Positions 1 to 16,329 are shown, counted from the stretch's first letter. The stretch: 64,000 nt of DNA from Octopus vulgaris (GCA_951406725.2 OX597816.1:75950001-76014000); one strand, 5' to 3'. Notes: a model not told the origin generated them from the sequence alone. Program-made: numbers and translations.

Positions 1-359
1 GACGAAATGCCACTAAGAATTTCGCCGGGCGGTTACAATATCATTGGTTGTAAGAGCACTAGGAAGAATGAATAAATAAAAGACTCGAAAATTATTTGAG
101 ACTGTTTCTTTGCTTACCATCCTCTTAATAAGTGTAAAATGTTATTTTTACTGGTACGTAACACGTATTGAGAACAGCATTGTCGCTGTGAGAAGGATAA
201 CCTTCCATGTAAATAATTTATTTTTCTACACAACTTTATTTGATATTGTAAATAAACAATCTTGTGTACTTACTTTTCTCGACCCAAAGTATCGGGAAGA
301 CACTCAACGAGAAATGGAAACAAAATTCAAGGAGGAAAAAATAACTCATAATAATAGTA

Positions 360-570
360 ATCCTTTCTACTATGGGTGCAAGACCTACAATCTTGTGTGG
401 TCCAGTCGACTACATCGGTTCCAGTGCTTGACTGGTACTTACTTTATCGACCCGGAAAGGATGAAAAGCAAAATGGACCTCGGCGGAATTTGAATTCAAA
501 ACGTGAAGATGAACGAAATGCCGCTAAGCATTTTGCCTAGCGTGTTAATGATTCCGCCAGCTCACCTCCT
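360..570 (-). mobile_element. tRNA-derived SINE, family A (older copy)
   Basis: Reverse complement matches the intact copy at 9735-9965 (CTGGTACTT..TTTATCGACC..GAAAGGATGAAA.GCAAA..GACCTCGGCGGAATTTGAA). Confidence 0.8.
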
Positions 571-586
571 TATAACAACAACAACA

Positions 587-617
<31 letters not shown>

Positions 618-619
618 GT

Positions 620-830
620 ATTTTCAAGTTTTGCCACAAGTTTAGCAATTTCGGAGGAGTTGGTAAGTCGATTAAATCGAGTCTATTGCTCAACTGGTAC
701 TCATTGACCTTGGAAGGATGAAAAGCAAAGTCAACCTCGACAGAATTTGAACTCAGAACATAAAGAGCCAGAAGAAAGAACAGCTGAGCATTTTTGTCCA
801 ATGTGTTAACAGTTTTGTCAGCTCGTCGCC
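620..830 (-). mobile_element. SINE family A, second tandem degraded copy
   Basis: CAACTGGTAC...GGAAGGATGAAAAGCAAAGTCAACCTCGACAGAATTTGAACTCAGAAC...CAGCTCGTCGCC matches family A. Confidence 0.7.
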
Positions 831-1723
831 ATACGATAATAACAATACTTTTGGCAAAAAACTACGTAGGTCGAATAACTACGAAGTTAAACCTAGCTCT
901 GTCTGCCTCTCCGTTTGTCTCTCTGTCTGTCTCTCTCTCTCTCTTCATCTCTCCTTCATTCTCTCGCTCCCTCTCTGACTGACTTTCTCTCTCACTCACG
1001 CGAAAACAATAACAATTGAACGCTAGCGGGAACATTTATAAACTGTACAACATTCTCATTTATCTTTGAAGTAATAACTGTCATCTTTATTCACCAATCA
1101 ATCTCACACAATGTGGAAACCACAATTGCTTATTACCGTGATTACTTATCCGTCTCTTCTTTTTGTACTCACCAATCACATTGTTGCTTATCTCCCCAAT
1201 TCAGAAATTTATAGTCTCCCCTCTCCTTTTTCTCTCATTCCGTCTTTCTCCCTCTCTTTATCTCTTTCTTTTTATGTAATTCTATTACATACACTGTCTC
1301 CTCCTCAGCATTTCTTATAAACATTGTTTTTTTTTTCTCTCTCTCTCTCCAACAAATGTTTCCTTTCTTTCTATCTCTCTCTCACATTTTCTTCATGTCA
1401 CGAACGTTATCTTTCTCTCCTTCTCACACTGTTTCTCCTCTCCCTCTTTCTATCTGACACACAATCACTCCCTTTCACTCATACACTACCGCTGTCACTT
1501 CTCCATCTTTCTCTTTTTCTCCCCTCTTTTTCTCTCTTTCTCTCTGAGCCTTCCTCTTTGATAATGTTTGCTAAAATTTAAAAAAAGCGAAAAGAGAAAT
1601 ACGACTCTGATATTCCACTGCCAGTCAAATCATTTTCATTATGTCCTGAAAATACTAGAAGATAATGAAGATAATTCCTCTATGTCCTCATTTTCCATTC
1701 GACCGGGTTGTCGTCAATAAAGT

Positions 1724-1724
<1 letters not shown>

Positions 1725-1763
<39 letters not shown>

Positions 1764-1776
1764 GTCATCGTCATCG

Positions 1777-1827
<51 letters not shown>

Positions 1828-1911
1828 ACAACAACAACAATACAATCACCTCTATCATCGATATATTAATCGTCGTCATTGTCATCATATCATCGTCATC
1901 ATAATCATCAC

Positions 1912-1943
<32 letters not shown>

Positions 1944-1945
1944 CC
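1725..1945. repeat. (ATC)n/(GTC)n/(AAC)n compound microsatellite
   Basis: Directly visible tandem trinucleotides. Confidence 0.95.
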
Positions 1946-2479
1946 GTCACTGTGGTCCGCAATTAGAGTTTTACGACGGGCAAAAAAATGCCCATGTCTT
2001 TTAATTTAAATAGGCCCCGTGACATCATCATAGGCAATTCTCATAAGAATATTCTACTCCTAAATCTTCATGTAGCTCATTTAAACAACTAATTAGTCCT
2101 TCGCTCGCTATACAAAGAGCTTTGAAATTCATGGAGGAGCGCACCCCTCTTTAAGCATTTTCCTCGCCTTCCCATTAGGTTCAGAAATTATAATTCTTTT
2201 TTTTTGTTTGCCACAACTGCGATGATAAACGGGATATTTCAAGGGTAGGGATATTTCACACGACTCAGAACTGCAGCTCTGTGAAAGAGACGAATTGTGG
2301 GGAAAATGTATTCAAAATAGATGATCACAACTACTCATTATCTAGAAAAATTTGTCAACCCTGCAGTGTCATCACATGTTTTAACATCATAAGCCGGAGC
2401 ATATAAAAGCTATCACGATAAACTACTTAACAAATGAATTGCGACTATTCCACGAGAATAGAAAAAGTATACGATTCTG

Positions 2480-3790
2480 TGAGTTCAGATGAAGAATAGA
2501 GCAAAGCATCTCGGTCGGGCAGTAATTTGTAAGAGAGACAATGTACACGTTCGCAACTTCTCCCTGACATTTCATGGATAGAGTCTTCTCAGCCTATTTG
2601 TATGTGGGGCTGATCAGTTTACTTGTAAGCCTCATCCTAGTTCCTACCTACTTAGAGAAACAGACAGAACTATAACCTAAGCAAATTAAAACGTCCAACA
2701 AACCTATACCTCTCGAAAGGCACAACATTCCCAAGGAAGCTTCTACACACCCGAAGAAATTCTGTCGTTCTGCCTCAGATTGAATAGAGTGAAAGAATCT
2801 GTCCCATCTGGCATCACCGACTTCCTGAAAAATCATTTGTATCTTCAGATTGAAACCTTTATCAAACTATAACCTCACTGCTCGATCCAGGCTGACCAAG
2901 ATGCATGTACCTCAAAGTCGTCGAAAATGAGCGTGAGTGCGTTCCTGAAACCTAAGCCTCGTTAATGGATTTCCAATTCATGTCTCACAAACTTGCTCCG
3001 TTGATCAAATGATCTAGTCTCCAATGCAACCTTAGTTTACGTACATTTACACACCCTACCCTGAGTTGGTCGAAAGAATAAAACCAAAAGAAGCTAGACT
3101 GAACAAGAACTGGTATGAGATTGATGAGAAGGCTTCAGTGAAATATCTCTTTAAATGGTCCTTGCTCGCTCTCTCCCAGAACATTTTCATGTTAACTTGG
3201 AATATTTTCCCTGGGTCCTAGGAAACCTTTTCTGGTATTCTTAAATGGATTCTATTTAGTGGTCCCCTATAAATGGGTTTCTTAACTTTCCTCGTTTGCA
3301 TCGCTTCTCTGTATTTACAACAGTGAAGCTTATGAGACGTGATTCGTGTGAGTTTGACTGTTGGTGTTAAGTTACTAATTACTAATGGTATTTTTTCTGT
3401 GAGTATTCTTCTATTTTTCTGCTGTTAGCTTTTGCAGTTGGTGTCGTTGCGTGCTTGGTTGTTGTCGATGCGATGATGCTATACGATATGGCAGTTGTTT
3501 ATTGGCAGACAGTTTTTGTCGATTCATTTAGTCTTCTGAACTTGAATTTGGTCTTCTTGGTTTCTTTCCTTCTTGTCACCTCCATGATAAAGCATGATAA
3601 AGACCTCTGTGGATGGTCTTGTGTAAATCTTGTCGCATAATAACATCTCGGAGTCGAAAAGGTTGTGCGCGCGTGCTTGTGTTTTGGGGGTGATGTTGGA
3701 GTGCGATATGTTACTTTAAATTGTTGTAGTGGTGGTGAAAATGTCACCCTGGAATGAAGTATTGATCTCTGACACACTTGCCATTATTTT
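2480..3790 (-). mobile_element. Possible highly decayed L1/Tx1-type LINE 5' part (ORF1 remnant + APE-like start)
   Basis: The minus strand has a basic ORF1-like stretch (MEVTRRKETKKTKFK) and a VNVRKL motif near 3045 resembling the APE-endonuclease NVRGL motif. Many stops. Confidence 0.3.
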
Positions 3791-3799
3791 TTGTGTTTA

Positions 3800-3833
3800 C
3801 TATCCATCCATCGATCCATCGATCCATCGATCG

Positions 3834-3924
<91 letters not shown>

Positions 3925-3970
3925 CATCCATCCCATCCATCCATCCATCCATCCATCCATCCATCCATCC

Positions 3971-4053
<83 letters not shown>
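3800..4053. repeat. (TATC)n/(CATC)n microsatellite
   Basis: Directly visible. Confidence 0.95.
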
Positions 4054-4054
<1 letters not shown>

Positions 4055-4221
4055 GTGTGTGCATACATGCGTTCATATTCTTATATTTTTGCTAATGTTG
4101 TTACTGCTGCTATTGTTAGTTCTGCTGCTACCGTTGTTGTTGCGGTGGTTGTAACTCTGACGCCAACGCAAGTTTTCTTTCTCTTGTTCCCTTTCATGGC
4201 AAAAATGACACGAACATAAAC

Positions 4222-4694
4222 CCGAAAGCATCATCGAAAATGATAATGCAAAGATCCTATGGGATTTTATGATTCAGTACGATCATGAGATAGAGAATAG
4301 GAAACCAGATATAGTGTTAATTGAGAAAGAAAGCAAACGATGCTAGACCATAGATATAGCATGCTCAGCTTAATACAGCGTATGCAATAAGGAAGAAAAA
4401 AAGTCGATAGATATGACAGGTTAGCGTGGAAGTTTAAGCACTTGCGGTCGATGAAAAAGGTGGTAGTAGTACCAATAATTGTCGGAGCCCTGGGAACAGT
4501 GAGTAAAATCTTGAGAAGTACATGGAATAAATAAAGGCTGCAATAAGGGTGGACCACTTGCATAAACCAGTACTACTTGAAACTGATTGAATATTCCGGA
4601 TGGTGCTCAAAAAATAAGGAACATTACCTTAGTTCACTTGTAGTGAACAGCTGGCGCCATAGTACATCTCCAGCGCGGGAAGCTGTGCAATGAC

Positions 4695-4700
<6 letters not shown>
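4222..4700 (+). mobile_element. R4/Dong-type non-LTR retrotransposon 3' end (restriction-like endonuclease remnant)
   Basis: Translates piecewise as IIENDNAKILWDFMIQYDHEIENRKPDIVLIEK...IDIAC...VVVVPIIVGALGTV, the RLE PD-(D/E)XK region, and ends directly in an (AAT)n tract. Confidence 0.8.
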
Positions 4701-4840
<140 letters not shown>

Positions 4841-4854
4841 AATAAAGTCTATTC

Positions 4855-5085
4855 AGGAACCTTTTGAGCGGGATGGGTTACTCGACCAGAAGAAAATTCT
4901 AACTGGGCCCCACCTACAAGGTCATGTGCTGTTTATCTTGATATGAGATCACCATGTTGCACACATATGGTTGTGATGCATGAGCCTAGTGTACCCTTAT
5001 CAGACGGGTAGTCATGATGGGTATACTGGGCTTCGTATATTTTACCCCAATGTCACTTTGATGGCATGCATTGCTCTCTCACTCA
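4855..5085 (-). mobile_element. Probable retroelement terminal fragment bounded by (AAT)n
   Basis: GC-richer ~230 bp block with AAT runs on both sides and an internal hairpin (TACCC..ATCA.GAC/GTC.TGAT..GGGTA). Family not assignable from this window. Confidence 0.35.
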
Positions 5086-8000
5086 ATAATAATAAAGTCT
5101 ACTACTGGATTAGATACTTTATTTTCGGCTCTAATAATGAAAGGCAAAGTTGACATCATCTGGATTTGAACTGAGAGCGCAGTTAGCCGGAATTCATGCC
5201 AAAAGATATTCTATCTGATTCTGTAAAAACTGTGATGCTAAATCACTGCCTATGATGATTATTACTGTGATGTCTTCAGACGTGCTGCTTCCGTAATCTC
5301 TATCTGTAAGCACATTAAAATAGCAGATATCGGCAGAATTTCCATAAAAACTTTTTTCTAGAAACTAATTAAATGCCATACGAAGATTAATCAATTGATG
5401 TAAATGACTGTTGTACGTCCAAATGAGAAATATTGGAGGAGAATATATTCCAAATATTATGTTTCCTGAACATCCAGTAATTAGTTGATATAAGCGAATT
5501 GATGATTCGCGAAACAGCCTATCATCATCAAACTTATATAATTTCCGCCCAAGTAATGACAGCAGCTGCTGTACTAATGTAGTTTAAGCTATTGTTATCG
5601 ATAAGTTATTCTTGATGTTGAATTTTTCTGCTGTTGTTATTACTGCTGCTGTTGCTGTAAACAAGTTTATAAAGAGAAATGACATATTAAGGCAATCGGT
5701 CCTGAGATATATTTTTACATTGGCACGAAGCCACATATTGATAAGAGAGGGAAGATAGTTGGTTGACGCCACATAGTTATAAAGAAGGGAGGGAGGATAT
5801 AATCGTTTAGATTGACGTCAGAACATACCCAGTACTTATTTTATCAATTCTCAGCGACGAATGAAAAAATTGACAATAGAGGAACTTGAACATGAAATGC
5901 AGAGAGGCGAACCTAAAAAAAAATTATATATAATTATAGTTTGTCAGGCGCTCTTCCCTTTCTTCCACCATGCATATAGTATGATGTAATGTTGCTATTG
6001 TTGCCAGGAGCCAATTTTATAGCATCTTTTTGAACAAATGGATCATATATGCGCAAAAAGTGACAGTAGAAACTATGAGGATAGCTTTTCACAGGTAAAC
6101 ATCTCTTTTATTAAATCTGTAAATCTAACTCCGAAATAATTAGAAGAAAAGTAATCAAAGGGACGTATTCCATATTGTCGTGAGAAACTAATATTTCGTA
6201 TTTCTTGATCTTCTCATCTATCATTTTGCTTAGCTTAATTCGGATTTAGCTACAGAGTGTTGTTACATTCATAAATATATTTATGAATGTAGTCCAACAT
6301 GGATATTTTAGTTAAACATTTCAACCGTTATTGATCGAATCCACCAGAAAATATCAATGCAATCGTTCAACATGCAACGTAATAGCAGCCAAATCTCCAT
6401 CCTATGGAACACTACCGTCCAAAGATATGAACAACAAAAATAGCCACCAAACCTTCCGTAAGTTTGACTGTTACAGCTTTAAAAGAACAGAAAGGTGACT
6501 TGGATAATGTAACTGTAGATACACTGTGCTTGGCACAAAAGACACAAACGTCACAACTAGAATGACTTGTTTCATAGGCTTACTTGATCCAATATGAACT
6601 TCAGTAAAAGAACAAAACAACTTGAGTCACTGAAAATTTTTTTAACATGGTCTACCATAAATAATGATTGATTTTCCTCATATAATATCTTATTGCCTTA
6701 AAAATAGAACAGAGTGGACAATTTAGCCTTTGAACGTCCCCTTTGCAAATGCCAAAAGACCCAACAGTGCTGGATTAGATATCAATAACACTAAATAGAT
6801 GGGAGATAAATCTAAACCAACTCTGTTGAAAACTCTCGTATATCACCGATCGTAAAACAATGAAATTAAATAGTCCATCTACCAATTAACTGCTCTTCGA
6901 TTAGATTTCCTTTTAATGATAATAGTTAACCTTTATTGCTCTTTAAATGTAATTTAATTTACCTAATGACCATTAATTACACATTCCTAGTCTCCTATAA
7001 TGTGCTATCATCTATCAAGACTGAGTTGTGGCGAAACAAAATTAGCAGCAGCAGCAGCTACAGCAGCATCCTCAACATCAACAATACGAGCCAACAAGGC
7101 AGCTTTAATCCGGTCGGTCACTCTGGTAGAAATGATAACTATATCTTTTCAAATCAAAACTTGCTCTCTTAAAACGTAAGGACTATATCGTCTATAACAG
7201 CACATACGTAATAGAGAACAGGCAAATATAAAAGAAAAACTTCGGCTAATAAAATAAGAGTGTTTTTTCGACTGAGAGTATAAGATTAATATAAGGTATT
7301 TCCATCAACTGCCCTTTTATATTGCCCATTAATTTTCTCTATTAATGTTCTACAAATTAAAGAATGTATATTCATCACAAAATCTATACTATTTAAGTCA
7401 AAGCGGTTGATTACCTGCCACTGAATCCAGAAACTTAATGTGTAGTGTACTAGCACACAGAGGTGAATAAATTTCCGTCTTTTAATCGACATTAGCGAAA
7501 GCATGTAGTCTAATGGCTAGAATATTTGGCTGATTATTATACGATTGAGGGTTCGATTCCTTAACCGTATGCTCCATAATTTGTCCTGAGAAAGATAGTT
7601 CATATCACGTTAAGTCTACTCATGAGTACCAGCCAGGTGCTGCAGCTCTCTCACTCTAGTTGCCATATCCTAGATGACCAGATAGGTAAAAGCTGAGAGG
7701 CAGATTATTCTATTGGCGAGTTAAAGCAATTTAGGAATGACGGTTGTCTCTACTGTATTTAATCTATTACAAAAAAAAAATGGAAACAATTTTTTGCAAG
7801 ATTGTTGTTTGTTACCGACGTTTGTTCAATTTCCTTAATGGCTTACTCAGATAAGGTAAGGGAAGCCTCTATGGGTCCTTTAGAAGTTCCGTGACTGGTG
7901 GAAGAATGAAAGATGTTATCCTTAAATCGGAGACCTGACCTGAACGTTTGTAATAGCGTGGGCACCAGTAAAGAAACCAAGGCAAGAGATGAACGCATTA

Positions 8001-9119
8001 AATATATCACCCAAGAAGAAGAACAGTCTTTTCTACGAGCCTTCACACAGTTTTCTCTTCCTAAATTATATTCACAAAGCTTTGATTGAACCGAGGCTTT
8101 AACAAAGGCAGTTGCCCAGGAAGCATCGAAGAATAATCAAACCTGTAACAACTTAGTTATGAAATGAATTTCATAACTATATGCCATTATTTTGTTGGTT
8201 TTCTTTAATTCTAGATCAGTCACGATCGGGCGCATCTATGGTAAAAGGCGTTCCATCCATAGCCATCCTTATGTATATTAGGGACTACATTTCCCAATTG
8301 ATCCATATTTTCCAGTAGCTGGTTGTAAATAATGCAGTCTCTATTTAATGAGACAGTAAGATATTTTGGTTTATTTTTTGGCAGTTCAAGTGACCACAGA
8401 GACGCTGTTTTTGGTGATTCGACGAACTTATCTTATATTGTTTGCTCTGTCAAGGCTCGCGTGCTGCTTTGTTGTAAGTCTAGCAGCACGCGAGCCTTGA
8501 CAGAGCAAACCTATAACCAAAGGCATTCTAGCGCTGGCCATCCTGCCTGATTTTATGTATAGGAGTACATTATCCAAAGCGTACTCCTTTTCTTGTCATG
8601 GTAGGGTATGATTTGAGGGGCATTTTGCTTTACTTCGAAATGATCGAGCTACTGCATAGAGACTCTCTTGTTGACTTATGTAGACCACATTATTCAATGT
8701 CTCTTTTCCATTCTAAGAGGGTAGGGAGCAGTTGTGAGGGAGGGAAAGAGAGAGAGAGAGAGAGAGAGGTTTAGCTACTATTTCTTTTCTATGCTACTGA
8801 TTAATGTTGCAATGTTTAACCAGCTAATGTCCTTCGATACCATATAAACTACTTACGTTACTATTTAAATTTCTCGTTCTACTTTCGATAACAAACAACC
8901 AAATTTCTTTCGAAACACACTTTGGAATCTTGGTAAAAGGAAGGACGTAATTTGAAAAATAGATCTTGTTACACTATCGAGGAATGAGCTGGAATGGCCA
9001 TGGCTGGGACGTATTTGATCATAGATCTACTTACTGAGCATCGACTTCTGCCAGATAGAAACAAAAGCCGTAGCAGCTTGGGGAATAACACCAATAGTAA
9101 TAACTTTGAAATTTTAGTA

Positions 9120-9705
9120 TAAGGCTAATAATTTTAGTGGGAGGACCACTGCTCACTTGGTACTTTCTTTTATCGAACCCGAAAGTATGAAAGGCAAAGT
9201 CGACCCTGGCTGAATTTGAATTTAGAACGTAATGAGTCTGAAAAAATACCGGTTTTAAAGTGTGGCACAAGGTCAGCAAGTTCAGGGGGTGGGGATAAGT
9301 CGGTTATATCGACCCCAGTCCACAATTAGTCCTTTTTTCTTATCGACAGTACTTAATTTAAAGAATGAAAGTAAAGTCGACCACGGTGTAATTTGAACTC
9401 AGAATGTAATGACAGACGAAATGTCGGTAAGCATTTTACTCAGCGTGCTAGCGATTCTGCCAGCTCACCGTCTTAACATCAACTGTAATAATCCTTTCTT
9501 CTATAGACACAAGGCCTGAAATTTAGGGGAATGGGCTATCGATTACATCGACCCCAGTGCACAGCTGGTACTTAATTTATCGACCCCGAAAGGCGAAAGG
9601 CAAAGTTGACCCCGACAGCATTGGAACTCAGAACGTAAAGACAGGCGAAATACCACTTAAGCATTTTGCCTGGCCTCCTAACGATTCTGCCAGCTCGCCT
9701 CCTTC
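9120..9705 (-). mobile_element. Three tandem degraded SINE family A copies
   Basis: The GAAAG.ATGAAAGGCAAAGTCGACC...TTTGAA motif recurs at ~9181, ~9365 and ~9590. Confidence 0.8.
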
Positions 9706-9734
9706 ACACCAACAGTAATAATTATAACAAAAAA

Positions 9735-9965
9735 GGCGGCGAGCTGGCAGAAACGTTAGCACGCCGGGCGAAATGCGTAGCCGTATTTCGTCTGCCATTA
9801 CGTTCTGAGCTCAAATTCCGCCGAGGTCGACTTTGCCTTTCATCCTTTCGGGGTCGATAAATTAAGTACCAGTTACGCACTGGGGTCGATATAATCGATT
9901 TAATCCGTTTGTCTGTCCTTGTTTGTCCTCTCTGTGTTTAGCCCCTTGTGGGTAGTAAAGAAATA
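9735..9965 (+). mobile_element. tRNA-derived SINE family A, young full-length copy
   Basis: Pol III A-box-like GGCGGCGAGCTGGCAGAAACGTTAG and B-box-like GAGCTCAAATTCC. Central GCCTTTCATCCTTTCGGGGTCGATAAATTAAGTACCAG block resembles the Meta-type SINE domain (from memory). Near-identical inverted copy at 13190-13421. Confidence 0.9.
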
Positions 9966-10128
9966 GGTATTTCATTTGTCTTTACGATCTGAGTTCAAAT
10001 TCCGCCGAGGTCGACTTTGCTCTTCATCCATTCGGGTCGATAAATTAAGTACCAGTTGCGTACAGGGGCCGATCTAATCGACTGACCCCTCCCCCCAAAT
10101 TTCAGGCCTTGTGCCTAGGGTAGAAAAG
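9966..10128 (+). mobile_element. SINE family A, 5'-truncated copy with alternative tail
   Basis: GAGTTCAAATTCCGCCGAGGTCGACTTTGC...GATAAATTAAGTACCAG followed by CCCCCAAATTTCAGGCCTTGTGCCTA. Confidence 0.8.
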
Positions 10129-10339
10129 AATAATAACGACAAAAAGCACCAGCATGTGTTGAGATTCGAAACACTGGCCCTTCTACCTTCAGAAAGACAC
10201 TCAATCGATCGGTTCAATGAAATTGACTCAGCATGGTGGTTTCAATTCCAATTATATTTCCCTTCAATTATGATTGTAATTTCCTCCTTCACAGAAAGTA
10301 TTATTATCACAACTTCTTATTTGTTTATTTATTAAATGG

Positions 10340-10590
10340 TATGGTTTCGAAGAAGGGATTTTGCAGACCCTCTGAGACTCTTGATATCGTGGAGTTTATA
10401 TGTTACCAACCGCAAGTGAAACATGTGCAGGAAGAGAATTCCAAAGCAATAACATTGAGAGGAGGAAAAGCTGTGTATAGTGGTTGTTATAGGAACCCTT
10501 CGATGGTAGTGGTGGCAGTTATGGATACAATGTTGGTGATGAGATGAAGTGAGATGAGAAAAGCAAGATTTTATGAGTGGTGCTGTTCTA
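10340..10590 (-). mobile_element. CR1/L2-like LINE 3' coding relic
   Basis: Minus strand encodes LLLWNSLPAHV, typical of the C-terminus of CR1/L2 ORF2. Confidence 0.35.
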
Positions 10591-10929
10591 TCTAATATAT
10601 ACAATAAATTTGCGTAGTATAAAGAAACTTATTCACCTTCTCATAAAATAATAATTTATGATTCTACAATAAAAAAAAATATTGCTATCTAGAAAACGAA
10701 ATTTCAAATGTGTAAAATTTAGAACGCTGTAAATTTGTTTTATTTTGTCAAATGGAAATTATAAAGATTATAAACATATATATACTTAATTTTTCCTGCT
10801 ACAGAATAAAAAAAAAAGAAAGAAAGATACGGAAATAATAGAAAGAACGTAATTTTAATTTCATATGTTACTCTTCTCCTCAATTTTGTTTTATATGTTG
10901 ATATTCCATGACCAATACGAACATTTGCT

Positions 10930-11280
10930 TGCACATTTGGCCTTATGGTTAAGAAGTCCGTTTCGCAACCACGACGTTCCGGTTTCGGCCCAACTGCGTG
11001 GCATCTTGAGAGTAAAATGTCATTTTCCATAGCCTAGGATGAATGTATGCCTTGTAAATGAAATCAGACAGAAGGAGAATGCTTAGAAGCACGTCAGATG
11101 GATTGTATTTGCAATTCATAAGATAGAGACTTGTTACAAACTGTCAGGCCAGTTCCACCTGACAGTTACATGAAGACTACCCGTGTCTGCGAAATGCTAA
11201 GTCACACGTTAATTCAGGAGTAGATTAAACAGTTGATCGTACGAATGAATCATCGACGTCGATCAACGGAGATCCACGGA
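10930..11280 (+). mobile_element. Old SINE with CORE-type head and the same 3' tail as the SINE at 23965-24330
   Basis: Head GGCCTTATGGTTAAGAAG..CAACCAC...CTGCGTGGCATCTTG; tail CGTGTCTG.GAA.TGCT.AG.CAC..ACGTTAATT...GTTGATCG. Confidence 0.55.
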
Positions 11281-11364
11281 GATATTAGTTTTGCATAATG
11301 GTTGATGGTGACCATATTGCTTTTATTGGTTTTTTAATGTTATTATGGGGGTTATATAAGATAT

Positions 11365-11997
11365 ATATCTGATTCACCATGCTATTGAGATGAAAATGAG
11401 CTTCATCACACATTAACAAAATAAGTTCGTCAACTGCTTCAAAAATTGCTTCCATCTGACGTGCGAAGTTAAGCCGCTGTTCATAGTCTCATGATTTCAA
11501 CTATTGCCCAATGACCAATTTGTACGGGTGGAAATGTTTCATGCACGGGTGGAAAGTCTTCATGCAAAATACACCTTACCGATAGATTACCACTGCCAAG
11601 TTCAGTGGAATGCCTCCGAGCAGAGCGATTCAGACTCCACATTTTCCGGTGGTCCGTACAGTTTGTGGCTCCCCCACCAGTCTTCTATTCCTTAGTATGT
11701 CTAGTGTACGAAGTGAACGTAAGATTGTGCTGCGGGTGGGAACAGCCTGATTTCAGTGAATGTTGAAGTGATTCCAAAACTCACGTTGAATTCCTGTGAC
11801 AAACTCGTTATTCTTCACGTAACTGTCGTAGGCAAACACGTGATGCTCTGTCGTCCAACGTACCATGGTTTCATCTGAAAGGAAAGAAAAAATGCTAAGA
11901 CGCTACGGACCTAGTGGTACCAGTCTGACGTATGTCCCTCCCCCTGGGGATGAGTAATAGCCACTTCAAAAATGTCCGTCCTCTCAACCCCACCCTG
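11365..11997 (-). mobile_element. Tc1/mariner-superfamily (DD37D/maT-like) transposon 5' relic
   Basis: Terminal TA|CAGGGTG at 11997. ATG at 11866 reads MVRWTTEHHVFAYDSYVKNNEFVTGIQREFWNHFNIH*NQAVPTRSTILR (DUF4817-type HTH), then FHPYKL and CDEAHFHLN (first catalytic D). Confidence 0.8.
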
Positions 11998-12009
11998 TAT
12001 ATAATATTC

Positions 12010-12400
12010 TTTCATTCTTTTACTTGTTTCAGTCATTTGACTGTAGCCATGCTGGAGCACCACCTTTAATCGAACAAATCGACCCCAGGGCTCATCATTT
12101 GTAAGCCTAGTATTTATTCCATCGGTCTCTTTTTCCGAACCGCTAACGGAGACTTAAACACACCAATATCAAGTGTCAAGCGATGGTGGTGGTGGTGGGG
12201 GTTTACAAAACACACACACACACACACACACATATACGACGGGCTTCTTTCAGTTTCTGTCTACCTAATCCACTCGCAAGGCTTTCGTCGGCCCGAGGCT
12301 ATAGTAGAAGACACTTGTCCAAGGTGCTACGCAGTGGGACTGAACACGTTATCATGTGGTTGGGAAGCAAGCTTCTTACCACACAGCCTCTGCTGCACCT
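12010..12400 (-). mobile_element. CORE-type tRNA SINE (family B) with internal (TG)n
   Basis: Homologous to 60790-61190 and 40774-40930. Head AGAAGCTTGCTTCCCAACCACATG..CAGTCCCACTGCGTAGCACCTTGGACAAGTGTCTTCTACTATAGCC; tail TGCTCCAGCATGGCTACAGTCAAATGACTGAAACAAGTAAAAG. Confidence 0.85.
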
Positions 12401-13189
12401 ATGTATGCATGTATGTATGGATGTATCTCTTTGTGTCTGTCATATTCGTACTGCATGACGTCTGGTGTTGGTTTAAGTCTCGTTACCTAGCCGTTCGGTA
12501 AAAGAGACCAATAGAATAGGAACCAGACCTTATAAGAAAGGTAAACTTAAGAATTGACATCGATCTTTTTCCAATTGAAACCATTGATGGAAGTGCCCTA
12601 GAGTGACCGTAGTTCAACGACTAAATCAAATATAAAATAATGTTAGGTTAAATGTCTTGTAGCAAGGGGTTATGGCCATTTACGTTGTGTGTTGTGATTT
12701 CCTTGAATCTGATTTCGTCTTTTGTCTCCCAAGTGTGTATAAGCTATGTAGTACTTAGTTGCATAGCGGTATCAAGTCTGATCAGTAACAAACGTTTTGG
12801 GAGTTCAACATTTTTTAAGCTACAATCATTTTGTTGATATTTTCCTAAATAACAATAAATAAATAAATGCATTAATAAATATTTTTACAAGAGACATAAA
12901 TGGAAAATGTTTCCCAAGATTCTAAGCCCATTTTTTTTTCTTTTTAAATGTTAAGAACATAGTTAATCGAAAAATGAAATGTTAAGCCTTGCAGATAATG
13001 AAATAGAAACACTACTACTAGTAGTAATAGTAGTAGTAGAAGTAGTAGTGTTGGTGGTTGTGGTAATGATTGTTGTATTAACAGTCAGAAAAACATCAAC
13101 TGTTCTAGCAGGGAGCAAGAACAATTCTTGCAACAAAAAGTACAATAACAATAGTAGCACCCACTATCAAATTTTATAATTACTATATC

Positions 13190-13421
13190 TATTTCTTTAC
13201 TACCCACAAGGGGCTAAACACAGAGGGGACAAACAAGGAAAGACAAACGTGTTAAGTCGATTACATCGACCCCAGTACGTAACTGGTACTTAATTTATCG
13301 ACCGCGAAAGGATGAAAGGCAAAGTCGACCTCGGCGGAATTTGAACTCAGAACGTAACGGCAGACGAAATACGGCTACGCATTTCACCCGGCGTGCTAAC
13401 GTTTCTGCCAGCTCGCCGCCT
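13190..13421 (-). mobile_element. SINE family A, young full-length copy
   Basis: Near-identical reverse complement of 9735-9965. Confidence 0.9.
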
Positions 13422-13700
13422 TGCCAGCTCGCCTACTATATCACCAACAATTGGTTTCGTTTATCTTTTCCTCGTTTCAGTCATTGGACTGCGACCATGC
13501 TGGGGTATCATTTTGTAAGCAACAATGAACGGCGGAAGCCTCACCCTGCTGAAGAATGCAGGTCTATCAAATTATATAGATAGATAGAGAGAGAGAGAGG
13601 AGAGAGATAGGGAAAGAAAGAGAATGGTGACGGCTGTGATGCCTTTGATCATATGTGTGATCTGGGAATTAAAAAAACAAATACAAGAACAGCAATACTG

Positions 13701-16329
<2,629 letters not shown>

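Noticed and set aside
110-493. 127 aa ORF
   Set aside because: Non-ATG start and the C-terminal third is antisense SINE; no recognisable domain.
3729-4219. ORFs with (YLSI)n, (IY)n, (HT)n or (VC)n repeats, here and across the window
   Set aside because: Translations of TATC, TA and CA microsatellites.
7498-7570. Degenerate tRNA-like head (GGTTCGATTCC)
   Set aside because: No cloverleaf; most likely an old SINE head.
8210-9030. Old dispersed repeat fragments (similar pieces near 6340-6620, 27420-27490, 48160-48230, 49610-49800)
   Set aside because: Probably a real ancient repeat, but too diverged to define boundaries or class by eye.
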